Assembly (NCBI GenBank): GCA_963782055.1
Contig: CAWAIF010000003.1
Coordinates: forward strand, 3,520,001 to 3,584,000
DNA: 64,000 bases
Source: an uncultured delta proteobacterium
GTDB lineage: Bacteria; Myxococcota_A; Polyangia; Polyangiales; Polyangiaceae
Reading direction: 5' to 3'
How positions within the stretch are numbered: the first letter of the stretch is position 1; every line of letters starts with the position of its first letter. This document shows positions 40,139-50,793 of the stretch, piece by piece. The notes beneath the pieces were generated by a model. It worked only from the letters and a program-made list of their open reading frames with translations, was not told the origin of the DNA and made no database searches. Both the position numbers and the translations under genes were made by a program.

Positions 40139-41460
40139 TCCGGGGCCCTCTTCTGCTGGTGAAGCAGCTTCGCGCGGAGCTCGGGCGGGAGCTGGTTGAT
40201 CAGCTCCGGCGGCAGCTCCCCGTTGGCGCCGATGTGCGGCTTGCGCGCGGGGAGCGCGGTGGGATCCAGCCGCCGCAGTCGCCCCTCTGTCGACTCCTTG
40301 AGGGCGTCGAAGAGGTGCTCGCTCCCCGCCTTGGTCAGGTCTTCGTAGAGCTTCTTCAGGATCTCGATGGCCTTGGCCTTGTCGCCCTTGGTCTCGTAGC
40401 AGCGCGCCTCGTGGTAGCGGGCCATCTGCGAGAAGCCGAGGACGTCGCTCGCCTCCATCTGCTTGTACTGCTGCAGGGCGGCGTCCAGGTCCTTGTCCTT
40501 CTGATCCGGCTTCTGCACCGCCTCGAGCTCGTAGGCGAAGCCGAGGCCCTCCATCGCCCGGCCCTTGACCTCCGGATCGGCCATGGCGAGGGGCGAGGCG
40601 ATGACCTCGTTGAAGGCGGCCATGGCGCCCTTGGCGTCCTGCTTGTCCAGCAGCAGCGACCCCTCCCCCAGACGCGCCAGGGTCGCGGCGCCGGTGCCAG
40701 GGTAGGTGGTGGCGGTCTCGCGGTACTTGGCGAGCGCCGCGTCCTGCCGCGCCGCCACGGTGGCGAAGACCTTGATGGGCGGCTTGGGGCGCGAGTCGTC
40801 GTCGTCGTCGGGGTTGCCGATCATGCCCTGCTCGTCGGCGACGGCCTCCGAAAGCGCGGCGGACGCGGCGACGGTCTGCGAGTGCTCGTGGTACGCGTAG
40901 ACGCCCAGCCCGATGCCGCCGAGCACGATGGCCACGGCGGCGGCCTGCACCAGTCGGGTGTTGCGCTTGGCCCAGTCGCCGAAGCGCTGGGTGCGGTCGA
41001 TGATGGGATCGGCGGCCTCCACCGCCTCGGGGACGGCGCGCTTGCGCGGCTTGGCCTTGGTGCCGATCTTGGCCAGCCGGCGCGAGGCGGCGGCGTCCAG
41101 CCCGGCCTTCTTCTTCTTCTTGGGGCCGCGCTCCTTGGTGCGCCGCGCCGCGAGCTTGGCCTCTTCCTCGCGGGCGAGGCGCTCGTCGTCCTCTTCTTCG
41201 TCCCCACCCAGAGCTTCCAGACGCTTGGCGATGGCCTCGGGGGAAGCGGAGTCTTGCTCCTCCTCTTCATCCTCTTCGTCTTCGTCTTCGTCCTCGTCGC
41301 CGGACGCGCTCTCGTCCTCCCCGCTGGACTTCGCCTCGGCCTTGGCCTCGCCGGGCTCGGCGTCGCCGGGCTCGGCGTCGCCGGACTCGTCCGACTCCTC
41401 GGCCTCGGACTCGTCTTCGGGCTCTTCTTCTGCGGGCTTCTTCTTCTCGTCCTCGGACAC
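40135..41460 (-). CDS. YfgM-like membrane-anchored TPR protein with long acidic N-terminus
   Basis: FGDWAKRN, TM helix, TPR-like helices; synteny with the bamB-like gene. Confidence 0.7.
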   Translation of the reverse strand: MSEDEKKKPAEEEPEDESEAEESDESGDAEPGDAEPGEAKAEAKSSGEDESASGDEDEDEDEEDEEEEQDSASPEAIAKRLEALGGDEEEDDERLAREEEAKLAARRTKERGPKKKKKAGLDAAASRRLAKIGTKAKPRKRAVPEAVEAADPIIDRTQRFGDWAKRNTRLVQAAAVAIVLGGIGLGVYAYHEHSQTVAASAALSEAVADEQGMIGNPDDDDDSRPKPPIKVFATVAARQDAALAKYRETATTYPGTGAATLARLGEGSLLLDKQDAKGAMAAFNEVIASPLAMADPEVKGRAMEGLGFAYELEAVQKPDQKDKDLDAALQQYKQMEASDVLGFSQMARYHEARCYETKGDKAKAIEILKKLYEDLTKAGSEHLFDALKESTEGRLRRLDPTALPARKPHIGANGELPPELINQLPPELRAKLLHQQKRAPE

Positions 41461-41521
41461 GGGCACCTCGCGACCGGCGGAGACTAGTGCAGAACCGAGG
41501 GCCAAGCCAGCGCGGCCGCGC

Positions 41522-44449
41522 TCAATCGGTCCCCGCGTCCTTGGGGGCGGGTGGGGGCAGCTCGGGGGCTCGCGGGACGACCCAGAAGCCGAGCACGCCG
41601 GAGGCCGCCGCCGCGGCCACCTCCACGGCAACGCGGCCGGCGTGGCGGTCGGGCAGGTCCGCGGTCCGCTCGGTCCCCTCACCGCCCAGCGGCACCTCGA
41701 CCCCGTCGACCTTCGCGCTCACCTTTCCCGCTCCGCCGACCAGCACGAGCAAGCGCGCCGGGCCGTCCTCGGACAGCGCGACCTTCTGCGCCACCTGACC
41801 CGGCGTGGCGCCCGCCGGCGCGGTCCAGCCGCCGTGGGCGGCGTCGAGTAGCGCGGCCTGCCGCGCCGTCGCGACCGCGCCAGCCATCGGCTCGGGCACC
41901 CCGGCGAAGCGTCGCAGCGGCTCGCGCAGCTCCTGCCGCACGCCCAGCGCGAGCAGCGCGCGCGCCTCGTGCGGGCGCGTCGTGACGTAGCGCTCCTTCG
42001 CGAACTGGGCGAGCAGCGGTCCGCTCGCCGACGCGTCGCCGATCGCCCCCAGCGCGTCCGCCAGGTAAGGGCGCAGGCGCACGTCGTCCAGCGCGCCGAC
42101 CAGCGCGGGCACGGCGGCGCGGCTCCGCACCTTCCCGAGGGCGCTCAGGATCTCCCGCTGCCGCGCGAAGGACACCTGCTTGTCCCCGAGCCACGCCGCC
42201 AGGTCCGCCGCGCCGCGGTCGTCGCCCTGCTCTGCGAACGCGAGCCCCGCACGCCGCCGCCACGCCGGGTCGGGGTCCTTCGCCAGCGCCTGCGCCTCCG
42301 GCGACGCCGGCTGCCCGACGCGCAACAGGGCGAGCGCGCACCAGCGACGGACGTCGGCGTCCTCGTCCTTCTGCAGGGCGCGCCGCAGCGAGGGCGCGAC
42401 GTCGGCGGAGCGCAGGTCGTAGAGCGCGGCCGCCGCCTTGCGACGCACCTTCACGTCGGCGTCGTCCAGCAGGCCCGCGGTGTCGGGCGCGGCGGTCACG
42501 TCGCCCTGCATCGCCCGGCGCAGCGCCTCCGGCAGCCCGGAGGTCCCCTGCCCCTCCAGCTTCCCCTGCTCGCTGATGAGCGTGTCCAGCTCGGCGTGCA
42601 TGCGACGCGTGTCGGCCGCTCGGTCGCGCGCGATGTCGTGCCGCTCGTGCGGATCGGTGGCGATGTCGTAGAGCGCGCACGCCCCCAGGTGCTTCTGGCA
42701 CACCAGCCGCAGGCTCCGCTCGGCGAGCAGGGCGTAGTCGTCGGTCTCCGCCAGGGCGAGGCCGGCGTCGTCCGGGGCGTCCTTGCCGGCCAGCAGCGGT
42801 CCCAGATCGCGGCCGCGCACGCGGGCAGGTCGCGGGATGCCGAGCGCCGAGAGGGTCGTCGGGAAGAGGTCGATGGTCTGCACCGGTGTCGCGACGCGCG
42901 CGGGCCGCACGCCCGGGCCGACCACCACCAGCGGCACCCGCACCTGCTCCTCGTAGACCGAGCTGCCGTGGTAGCGCCCGCCGTGATCGCCGAACTCCTC
43001 GCCGTGATCGGCCGTGACGATGACCACCACGCGCGGGCGCGCCTTGCGCACCATGCCGACGATGGCGCCGATGCCGTCGTCGGCCTCGGCGATCTCGCCG
43101 TCGTAGCGGTCCAGATCGCTCTGGCCGTCGCCGAAGCGGTGGTCGGAGTGGGCGACGTAGGGCTCGTGCGGCTCGAAGAAGTGCACCCAGAGAAAGAGCG
43201 GCGTCCCCGGCGCGGCGTGCGCCAGGTAGTCGCGCATCTGCGCCTCACGCAGCGCGGGGCCGGCGAACTCCTCCTTGCGGTACTCGAAGTCCAGCCCTCG
43301 GTCGCGGAAGGCGGTGAAGCGATCAGGGTCGATGAAGAAGACGGCGGGCGGGTAGAAGGCGGCCGTCCGGTAGCCGTAGCGGCGCGACGCCGCCGCCCAG
43401 GTCTCCGAGTCCTCCCCCAGGCCGAGGGTGAGCAGCGGCCGCATGTACTTGCCGGTCATCAGCGAGGTCACCGAGTACGACGTGTGCGGCGTCGGGCAGT
43501 AGGCGTGCTCGAAGAGCGCGCCCTCGCGCGCCAGGGCGTCGAGGTGCGGAGTCGTCGGGCGGCCGTAGCCGTAGGCGCCGACGTGATCGGCCCGCAGCGC
43601 GTCCACCGTGATGAGCAGCACGTCGCGGCCGCCCCAGTCCAGCGCGCGCGGCACCTCGCCGGGCATCGCCACCTTCACCGTCGCCTCCGGCGGCGGCGGC
43701 GCGATCCACGATGCCAGGCGCACCCCCCTGCCCTCCCACGGCGCGTGCTCGACCAGCAGCAGGCGCATGTTGTCGTAGCTCTGGAGGCTGTGGGCGCCGA
43801 GCGGCCCGAGGACCACGCCCAGCGCCGCGAAGCCGATGGACACCCAGACACCGCGGCCGAGCTGCGGGGCGATCGCCAGGCCGGCGAGCGACCACGCGAG
43901 CCAGGAGGTGGCGAAGAGGCCGGCGTGGAAGGCCGGGTAGAGGCGCGGCAGCACCGCGGCGTCCGCCCAGATGAGCGCCGCCCCGAGCGCCGCCATGAGC
44001 GCGGCGAGCACCCAGGGCCGGGCGCGCGCGCGGGCGACGAGCGCCGGGAGGCCGAGCGCGAGCACCGCCGCGCCGGCCGCGCCGGCGGCCACCACGAAGG
44101 GCGCGCGCAGCGCCCAGGAGGCGAAGTGGCGGCCGAAGGTGACGCCGTAGCCCTGGGCGAGCCCCGCGGCGCCGCCGGCCGCGGCCAGCGCGCGCCGCGA
44201 CGCCGGGGAGGGCGCGAGCGACGCGCGCCACGCGAGCACCGCGAGCGGAGACGCCGCGAGCATCACCGCGGCCAGCATGGGCATGACGAAGATGCGGTCG
44301 GGCGTGAGCTCCCAGAAGCCGGTGAACTGCGGGCGGAAGCGCAGGCCCACCGCCGCATGCTCCAGCAGCAGGCCGGCGATGCAGCCGGTCAGGGCCGCGC
44401 CGGCGTCCCGCGCGAAGCGCGAGAACCTGCCGTCGTCCCGTGCGCCCAA
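41522..44449 (-). CDS. Membrane-anchored sulfatase-like hydrolase/transferase with HEAT repeats
   Basis: LITVDALRADH, SLMTGKY, WVHFFEPHEPY, TADHGEEFGDHG; N-terminal TM helices; C-terminal HEAT-like repeats. Confidence 0.85.
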   Translation of the reverse strand: MGARDDGRFSRFARDAGAALTGCIAGLLLEHAAVGLRFRPQFTGFWELTPDRIFVMPMLAAVMLAASPLAVLAWRASLAPSPASRRALAAAGGAAGLAQGYGVTFGRHFASWALRAPFVVAAGAAGAAVLALGLPALVARARARPWVLAALMAALGAALIWADAAVLPRLYPAFHAGLFATSWLAWSLAGLAIAPQLGRGVWVSIGFAALGVVLGPLGAHSLQSYDNMRLLLVEHAPWEGRGVRLASWIAPPPPEATVKVAMPGEVPRALDWGGRDVLLITVDALRADHVGAYGYGRPTTPHLDALAREGALFEHAYCPTPHTSYSVTSLMTGKYMRPLLTLGLGEDSETWAAASRRYGYRTAAFYPPAVFFIDPDRFTAFRDRGLDFEYRKEEFAGPALREAQMRDYLAHAAPGTPLFLWVHFFEPHEPYVAHSDHRFGDGQSDLDRYDGEIAEADDGIGAIVGMVRKARPRVVVIVTADHGEEFGDHGGRYHGSSVYEEQVRVPLVVVGPGVRPARVATPVQTIDLFPTTLSALGIPRPARVRGRDLGPLLAGKDAPDDAGLALAETDDYALLAERSLRLVCQKHLGACALYDIATDPHERHDIARDRAADTRRMHAELDTLISEQGKLEGQGTSGLPEALRRAMQGDVTAAPDTAGLLDDADVKVRRKAAAALYDLRSADVAPSLRRALQKDEDADVRRWCALALLRVGQPASPEAQALAKDPDPAWRRRAGLAFAEQGDDRGAADLAAWLGDKQVSFARQREILSALGKVRSRAAVPALVGALDDVRLRPYLADALGAIGDASASGPLLAQFAKERYVTTRPHEARALLALGVRQELREPLRRFAGVPEPMAGAVATARQAALLDAAHGGWTAPAGATPGQVAQKVALSEDGPARLLVLVGGAGKVSAKVDGVEVPLGGEGTERTADLPDRHAGRVAVEVAAAAASGVLGFWVVPRAPELPPPAPKDAGTD

Positions 44450-44455
44450 GTGCTC

Positions 44456-45310
44456 TCAGATGACGATGTGCTTGAGCTTCATCTGCACGTCGCTCGACCA
44501 GTGGTTCTTGAACGCGCGCACGCATGTCGAGAGGTACCGGTCGTACTCGCCGAAGACCTTGTCGCCCCACTTGGCGCGGATCTCCGGCTCGTGCAGCTTC
44601 ATGCGGCGCAGCCACTCGCCTGTCGTCTTGCCGTAGTGCACGCGGCGCGTCTTGAGCTCCAGGATCTCCCACGACGGGTTGACCGCCATGACGAGCTCCT
44701 CCAGGCGCGGGTTGAGGCCGCCGGGGAAGATGACGTCGGCGGTGAACTTGAGGTCGGCGATGTCCTCGCGCGTGCGCGGCACGCGGTTGCGCAGGATCGC
44801 CTGGAAGCCGAAGGTGCCGCCGGGCTTGATCCACTCGGCGACGCGGTTGAAGTACTTGCGGTACAGGTCCACCGCCATGCCCTTGTTCGCCTGCGCGGGC
44901 GAGCAGAGGTGGTCGATCATCTCGATGGAGACCAGGCCGTCGTACTTCTGCGCGGGCGCGTAGTCCTTGTAGTCGGTGCACCAGACCTTCACGCCGGGGA
45001 GCTTGCGGGCGTTGATCTCCTCGGTCTGCGCGGTCGACAGCGTGATGCCGTGCGCGTCCTTGATGCCGCGGCGGGCGATGTACTCCAGGTTCGCCCCCCA
45101 GCCGCACCCGATGTCCAGCACCGTCTTGTCCGGCCCGAGCTCGGCGTACTCGTACAGCACGCGGCTCTTGTTCTCCTGCGCCTGCTCCAGCGTGTCCGTC
45201 TCCTTCTCGAAGACGGCGCACGTGTAGTGCATGCGCTCGTCCAGCCAGAGGCGGAAGAACTCGTTGGAGACGTCGTAGGCGACCTCAATCTCTTCTTTGG
45301 TGGAAGTCAC
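44456..45310 (-). CDS. Cyclopropane-fatty-acyl-phospholipid synthase family methyltransferase
   Basis: YDVSNEFFRLWLDERMHYTCAVF, LDIGCGWG, GITLS, VSIEM, IFPGG. Confidence 0.88.
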   Translation of the reverse strand: MTSTKEEIEVAYDVSNEFFRLWLDERMHYTCAVFEKETDTLEQAQENKSRVLYEYAELGPDKTVLDIGCGWGANLEYIARRGIKDAHGITLSTAQTEEINARKLPGVKVWCTDYKDYAPAQKYDGLVSIEMIDHLCSPAQANKGMAVDLYRKYFNRVAEWIKPGGTFGFQAILRNRVPRTREDIADLKFTADVIFPGGLNPRLEELVMAVNPSWEILELKTRRVHYGKTTGEWLRRMKLHEPEIRAKWGDKVFGEYDRYLSTCVRAFKNHWSSDVQMKLKHIVI

Positions 45311-45434
45311 GGCAAATCCCTCGAAAGGGGAGCTTACTACACCACTTTCGGCCGGGCGAAACCCCCTTGCCGTGCGTACGTGTCTACGCAGAAGCATGAG
45401 CTTGCGGCCGCGATCGTCGCGCCGGTCGGGACGT

Positions 45435-45908
45435 CTAGCCGAACTCCACCTCGAGGACCTCGTACACCCGTTCCCCGCCGGGCATCCGGACCTTCACCTC
45501 GTCGCCTACTTCCTTTCCCAGGAGCGAGCGCGCCAGCGGGCTGGAGATGCTGATGCTGCCCTTCTCCAGGTTGGCCTCGTCCGCGCCCACGATGCGGTAG
45601 GTGACCTCCTCGTCGGTCTTGGCGTTGGAGAGCTTCACCCTCGCCCCGAACATGACGCGCGAGCCGGAGAGCTTGGACGGGTCGATCACCTCGGCGGTGG
45701 CGAGCTTCGCCTCCAGCTCCTTGATCCGGCCCTCGATGAAGGACTGCTTGTCGCGCGCCGCGTGGTACTCGGCGTTCTCCTTGAGGTCGCCGTGCTCGCG
45801 GGCCACTGCGATGGCCTGGATCACCGCGGGGCGCTCCACGCTCCGCAGATTGTTCAGCTCCTCGCGCATCCGGGTGTTGCCTTCCGGCGTCATCGGGTTC
45901 TTGTCCAT
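45435..45908 (-). CDS. greA: Transcription elongation factor GreA
   Basis: [16 protein letters not shown]...[14 protein letters not shown]. Confidence 0.97.
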   Translation of the reverse strand: MDKNPMTPEGNTRMREELNNLRSVERPAVIQAIAVAREHGDLKENAEYHAARDKQSFIEGRIKELEAKLATAEVIDPSKLSGSRVMFGARVKLSNAKTDEEVTYRIVGADEANLEKGSISISSPLARSLLGKEVGDEVKVRMPGGERVYEVLEVEFG

Positions 45909-45960
45909 GGCAGATAGCGGTTCTACCACCGGCCCCCCTTCTCCATCTAGGCTGGGCTCC

Positions 45961-46248
45961 ATGAGCGTCGCCGGAGGTCGCCCCGCGCACGGACTGCGTC
46001 TACGCCTGGAGCGCGCCGGCGCCGGCGAACCCCTGCGCTACGAGGGCGTGGCGTCCACCGCGCAGCGGGACTTCGCGCTGCAAATCACGGTGGAGGCCTC
46101 CGGTGCGGTCGCCGTCACGACCGAGGAGGGGGCGCCGGCCGACCTCGCCGAGAAGGCGCGGCTCATCGTCCGCGCGGCCCTGCGCCACGCCCAGGCCGAG
46201 GGCCTGGGCCCGCCGCGGCGCATCCAGCGCTGGCGCGGCGAGAAATGA
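45961..46248 (+). CDS. Hypothetical protein (95 aa)
   Basis: Fills the gap between divergent greA and bamD; ends [12 protein letters not shown]. Confidence 0.6.
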   Translation: MSVAGGRPAHGLRLRLERAGAGEPLRYEGVASTAQRDFALQITVEASGAVAVTTEEGAPADLAEKARLIVRAALRHAQAEGLGPPRRIQRWRGEK

Positions 46249-46303
46249 CCGCCGACCTCGGACTTGCTCGGGCACGGGCACCGCGGTACCAAGCGATCGC
46301 CTC

Positions 46304-47152
46304 ATGCGCCTCGCCCTCCTCGCCCTGGTCCCCGGCCTGACGTTCGCCCTCGCGGCGTGCGAGGGGCCGCCCGTCCGCTCTCCCACGCTGAGCTACACCG
46401 CGGACGCCCGGCGCGCCTACCAGGAGGCGATGAAGGACTTCGACGCCCACGACTGGATCGAGGCGCAGGAGCTGATGCGCGAGGTGAAGCGCAAGTACAG
46501 CTACACCCGGTACGCGCGCCTCGCCGAGCTGCGCATCGCCGACGCCGACTTCGAGCAGGAGAAGTTCGCGGACGCGCTGCGCGAGTACAAGCAGTTCATC
46601 CACGACCACCGCTCCGACAACGACGAGGTGGAGTACGCGCAGTCCCGCGTGGCGGAGACGCAGTACCGGGAGATCTCCGACTCCATCCTGCTGCCCGCCT
46701 CGGAGGAGCGTGATCAGTCCACGGTGCAGGACGCCTACAAGGACATCATGAGCTTCCTGAAGGACTACCCGTCCGGCAAGGAGACGCCGCACATCTGCGC
46801 GCTGCTCGACGACGTCGTGGCGCGCCTGGTCAAGCACGAGATCTACGTCGCCCGCTACTACCTCGCGCGGGACAACTTCGACGCGACGGTGGCGCGCCTG
46901 CAGTACGCGATGCGCAACTTCGCCGGGAGCGACGTGTGTGGCCCCGGCGTCCGCGAGAAGACCTCCGCCGACAACCCCTACGGCCTCATCCCCGACACCC
47001 TCCTCCTGCTCGGCGAGACGTACCTGCGCATGCACCGCTACGACGACGCGCGCACCGCCTTCGACGCCATCCTGCACCGCTACCCGGAGAGCGCGCTCGG
47101 CACGCAGGCCCGCCGGTACCTGGACCTGCTGCAGCACGAGAAGCCCGGGTGA
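46304..47152 (+). CDS. bamD: Outer membrane protein assembly factor BamD
   Basis: Lipobox LAAC; YARLAELRIADA; ERDQS; HEIYVARYY. Confidence 0.88.
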   Translation: MRLALLALVPGLTFALAACEGPPVRSPTLSYTADARRAYQEAMKDFDAHDWIEAQELMREVKRKYSYTRYARLAELRIADADFEQEKFADALREYKQFIHDHRSDNDEVEYAQSRVAETQYREISDSILLPASEERDQSTVQDAYKDIMSFLKDYPSGKETPHICALLDDVVARLVKHEIYVARYYLARDNFDATVARLQYAMRNFAGSDVCGPGVREKTSADNPYGLIPDTLLLLGETYLRMHRYDDARTAFDAILHRYPESALGTQARRYLDLLQHEKPG

Positions 47153-47156
47153 GGCC

Positions 47157-48635
47157 GTGACCAGCGCGCCGCCGATCGAGGCCCCCGCGGCCAAGACGGT
47201 CCTCGTCGTGGACGACGAGAAGAACATCCGGCGCACCCTGCAGCTCGTGCTGGAGGGTGAGGGCTACCACGTCCTCGCCGCCGAGACGGCCGGCCAGGCG
47301 CTCGCGGTGCTCGCCAACCCCGCCCTGCCGGTGGACCTGGCCATCGTCGACGTGAAGCTCCCCGACGGCAGCGGCCTGGACGTGCTCGAGCGCACCCGCA
47401 AGGACGAGGCCACGCGGGAGATGCCCATCATCGTGATCAGCGGGCACGCCACGGTGGAGGACGCGGTGCTCGCCATCAAGCTGGGCGCCAGCGACTTCTT
47501 CGAGAAGCCCCTCGCCCGCGAGCGTGTGCTCGTCAGCGTGCGCAACGTGCTGGAGACGGCGCAGGCCCGCCGCGCCCTCGCCGAGGCCATCCGCCAGGAC
47601 CTCGAGCGCTACGAGATGATCGGCAAGAGCCCGGCGATGCAGCGGCTCTTTCACGAGATCGAGAAGGTCGCCCCCACGCGCGCCAGCGTGCTCATCACCG
47701 GGGAGAGCGGCACCGGCAAGGAGCTCATCTCCCGCGCCATCCACCGCCTCAGTCCCCGCAACGGCGGCCCCTTCGTGAAGGTCAACTGCGCGGCCATCCC
47801 GCGCGAGCTGATCGAGAGCGAGCTGTTCGGCCACGAGAAGGGCTCCTTCACCGGCGCGCAGACGCGCAAGCGCGGCTTCTTCGAGCAGGCGCACGGCGGC
47901 ACGCTCTTCCTGGACGAGATCGGCGACATGGACCTGGTGGCGCAGGCCAAGGTGCTGCGCGCGCTGCAGTCGGGCGAGGTCTCCCGTGTGGGCAGCGAGC
48001 ACGTGATGCACGTCGACGTGCGCGTGCTCGCCGCGACGAACAAGGACCTCTCGCGGGAGGTGGAGCGGCAGGCCTTCCGCGAGGACCTCTACTTCCGCCT
48101 GAACGTCTTCCCCCTGCGCAGTCCGGCGCTGCGCGAGCGCGTGGAGGACATCCCGCTGCTCGCCGAGTCCTTCATGCACGCCTTCTCCCGGGAGAACGGC
48201 ACGAAGCCCAAGCCGATAGACCCCGGCGTCATCGCGGCGCTCGTCGTGCGCAAGTGGCCGGGCAACGTGCGCGAGCTGAAGAACGTGGTGGAGCGGATGG
48301 CCATCCTGAGCGGCGACCGCGTCACCATCGCCGACCTGCCGGAGGACCCGCACGAGAGCCCCTTCGACGAGGACCCGGCGGAGGCCTCGCCGTCGGACCC
48401 GCCCGCGGCGGACGCGGGGTCGGAGGCGGACGAGCCGCGCACAGCGCCGCCTCCCCCGCCGGCGAACTACCTCTCGCTGCGCGAGTTCCGCGAGCAGTCG
48501 GAGCGCGGGTACATCGTCGAGACGCTCAAGCTGACGGGCTGGAACATCTCGCGCACCGCCGTGCTGCTCGGCGTCGAGCGCACCAACCTGCACAAGAAGA
48601 TCCGCGCCTACGCCATCAAGCGCGGCGAGGGGTAG
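47157..48635 (+). CDS. Sigma-54-dependent response regulator (NtrC/NtrX-like)
   Basis: Receiver VLVVDDE...DVKLP; GESGTGKE; GSFTGA; WPGNVREL; Fis-type HTH. Confidence 0.93.
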   Translation: MTSAPPIEAPAAKTVLVVDDEKNIRRTLQLVLEGEGYHVLAAETAGQALAVLANPALPVDLAIVDVKLPDGSGLDVLERTRKDEATREMPIIVISGHATVEDAVLAIKLGASDFFEKPLARERVLVSVRNVLETAQARRALAEAIRQDLERYEMIGKSPAMQRLFHEIEKVAPTRASVLITGESGTGKELISRAIHRLSPRNGGPFVKVNCAAIPRELIESELFGHEKGSFTGAQTRKRGFFEQAHGGTLFLDEIGDMDLVAQAKVLRALQSGEVSRVGSEHVMHVDVRVLAATNKDLSREVERQAFREDLYFRLNVFPLRSPALRERVEDIPLLAESFMHAFSRENGTKPKPIDPGVIAALVVRKWPGNVRELKNVVERMAILSGDRVTIADLPEDPHESPFDEDPAEASPSDPPAADAGSEADEPRTAPPPPPANYLSLREFREQSERGYIVETLKLTGWNISRTAVLLGVERTNLHKKIRAYAIKRGEG

Positions 48636-48720
48636 CGGTGCCCAGCGGCGCGAGCCGCGCGGCGGCGCCCTTCCCCATCTTCCTCGACCGGCTGGCCCCT
48701 CTGCGGACCCCCACATCCTC

Positions 48721-49173
48721 TCAGTGCCGGCCGGTGGAGCCGTAGCCGCCGCGGCCGCGCGGGGTCGGCTCCAGATCCGTCACCAGGGTGAGCTCCGCGC
48801 GCGCGACCGGCGCGATGACGAGCTGGGCGATGCGCTCCAGCGGGGCGATCGTCACCGCGGAGTCGCCCAGGTTGACCAGCACCACCTGCACCTCCCCGCG
48901 GTAATCGGAGTCGATGGTGCCGGGGGCATTCAGGACGGTCACGCCCGACCTGGCCGCGAGGCCGGAGCGCGGGCGGACCTGCCCCTCGTACTGCGGCGGG
49001 ATCGCCATCGCGAGGCCGGTGGGCACCAGCGCCCGCGCGTGCGGCAGCAGCAGCAGCGGCTCGCCGAGGGCGGCGTGCAGGTCCATGCCTGCGGCGCCAT
49101 CGCTCTGGTAGCGCGGCAGCGGCACCTGCACCGAGCCGACGCGGACCACCGCAATGCACACGTCCGGGACCAC
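48721..49173 (-). CDS. dut: dUTP diphosphatase
   Basis: [38 protein letters not shown]. Confidence 0.96.
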   Translation of the reverse strand: MVPDVCIAVVRVGSVQVPLPRYQSDGAAGMDLHAALGEPLLLLPHARALVPTGLAMAIPPQYEGQVRPRSGLAARSGVTVLNAPGTIDSDYRGEVQVVLVNLGDSAVTIAPLERIAQLVIAPVARAELTLVTDLEPTPRGRGGYGSTGRH

Positions 49174-49274
49174 GAGGAATCCCTACCACAATCCCCGGGG
49201 AGACCAAGAAAAGGGCGGAGTTTGCCTTAGCAAACTCGCCTTGGCGCGCCCGGGGTCTGTTACCATGAGGAGAG

Positions 49275-50792
49275 GTGACTTCTCCCTCCGACACGACCGG
49301 GCCCGTCCGCGTCATCGGCCGCTACGCCCTGTACGGCGAGATTGCGGCTGGCGGGATGGCCACCGTCCATTACGGGCGCCTGCTCGGCCCGGTCGGCTTC
49401 TCCCGGACCGTGGCGATCAAGCGGCTGCACCCGCAGTTCGCGAAGGACCCCGAGTTCGTCTCCATGTTCCTCGACGAGGCTCGCCTCGCCGCGCGCATCC
49501 GCCACCCCAACGTCGTGCCCACGCTCGATGTCGTCGCCGCCCAGGGCGAGCTCTTCCTGGTGATGGAGTACGTCCAGGGCGAGTCGCTCTCCCGCCTCAT
49601 CCGGTCCGCGCGCGAGCGCTCGCAGCACATCCCCGTACGCATCGTGGCGAGCGCCATGTGCGGCGCCCTCCATGGCCTGCACGCCGCCCACGAGGCGAAG
49701 AACGAGCGCGGCGAGGCGCTCGACATCGTCCACCGCGATATCTCCCCGCAGAACGTCCTGGTCGGCACCGACGGCATCGCCCGCGTCCTGGACTTCGGCG
49801 TGGCGAAGGCGGCCGGCCGCCTCCAGACCACGCGCGAGGGGCAGCTCAAGGGCAAGCTCGCGTACATGGCGCCGGAGCAGATCCAGGGCTCGGTCACGCG
49901 CCAGACGGACGTCTACGCCGCCGCCGTCGTGCTCTGGGAGGCGCTCGCGGGCAAGCGCCTCTTCAAGGGCGAGAACGAGGCGCACATCCTGTCCAAGGTG
50001 CTCGCCGGCACGGCCGAGCCCGCGAGCGTCCACAACCCGGAGGTGTCCCCGGAGCTCGATGAGGTGGTTCGCAAGGGCCTCGCCCGCGAGCCGGCGAGCC
50101 GCTACGCGACCGCGCGCGACTTCGCGGTCGCCCTCGAGAAGTGCGTGGGCCTCGCCTCCCCCACGGAGGTGGGCGAGTGGGTGGAGGCGGCCGCGCACGT
50201 CACGCTGGCGGAGCGCGCCGGGCGCATCGCCGAGATCGAGAGCATCTCCACGCTCAGCCAGCCCCTGGCGGCGATGCAGGGCAGCATCGCCGCCACCTCG
50301 GCGGCGACGCTGGCCGACCCGCCGGTCTCGCAGGCGTCCAGCATCTCGGTGTCCAGCGCCGCGGCGGTGCCGCAGCGGATGCCCCGGTGGATCGTCGCGG
50401 TCGCCGTCGCCGCCGTGGTGATGCTCGTCGGCTCGCTGGCGATCGTAGTCGGCGTGGCGCGCGCGCCCGCTCCGGGGGCAGCCCCGGAGGAGTCCATCGT
50501 GGCGCCGAAGGACTCCGTCGCCCCGACGCTCGACTCCACGGCGGCGGCGACGGCGAGCGCAGCTCCCTCCGCCTCGAGCATCGCGGCGCCCCCCACCACC
50601 GCTTCCGCCACCGAGAGCGAAAGCGCCAGCGCCACCACCAAGCCACCGCCGGTCAAGCGGACGGTCCACACGACGACGCACAAGACGAACCCCGCGCCCG
50701 CCCCGACGACCACCACCAAGAAGCGCAACTGCGACCCGCCCTTCACCCTCGACGCGGCGGGCCACAAGCAGTGGAAGATGGAGTGCCTCTGA
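49275..50792 (+). CDS. Membrane Ser/Thr protein kinase
   Basis: IAAGGMATV, HRDISPQN, DFGVAK, YMAPEQ; TM helix; C-terminal CDPPF...KMECL. Confidence 0.93.
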   Translation: MTSPSDTTGPVRVIGRYALYGEIAAGGMATVHYGRLLGPVGFSRTVAIKRLHPQFAKDPEFVSMFLDEARLAARIRHPNVVPTLDVVAAQGELFLVMEYVQGESLSRLIRSARERSQHIPVRIVASAMCGALHGLHAAHEAKNERGEALDIVHRDISPQNVLVGTDGIARVLDFGVAKAAGRLQTTREGQLKGKLAYMAPEQIQGSVTRQTDVYAAAVVLWEALAGKRLFKGENEAHILSKVLAGTAEPASVHNPEVSPELDEVVRKGLAREPASRYATARDFAVALEKCVGLASPTEVGEWVEAAAHVTLAERAGRIAEIESISTLSQPLAAMQGSIAATSAATLADPPVSQASSISVSSAAAVPQRMPRWIVAVAVAAVVMLVGSLAIVVGVARAPAPGAAPEESIVAPKDSVAPTLDSTAAATASAAPSASSIAAPPTTASATESESASATTKPPPVKRTVHTTTHKTNPAPAPTTTTKKRNCDPPFTLDAAGHKQWKMECL

Positions 50793-50793
50793 G

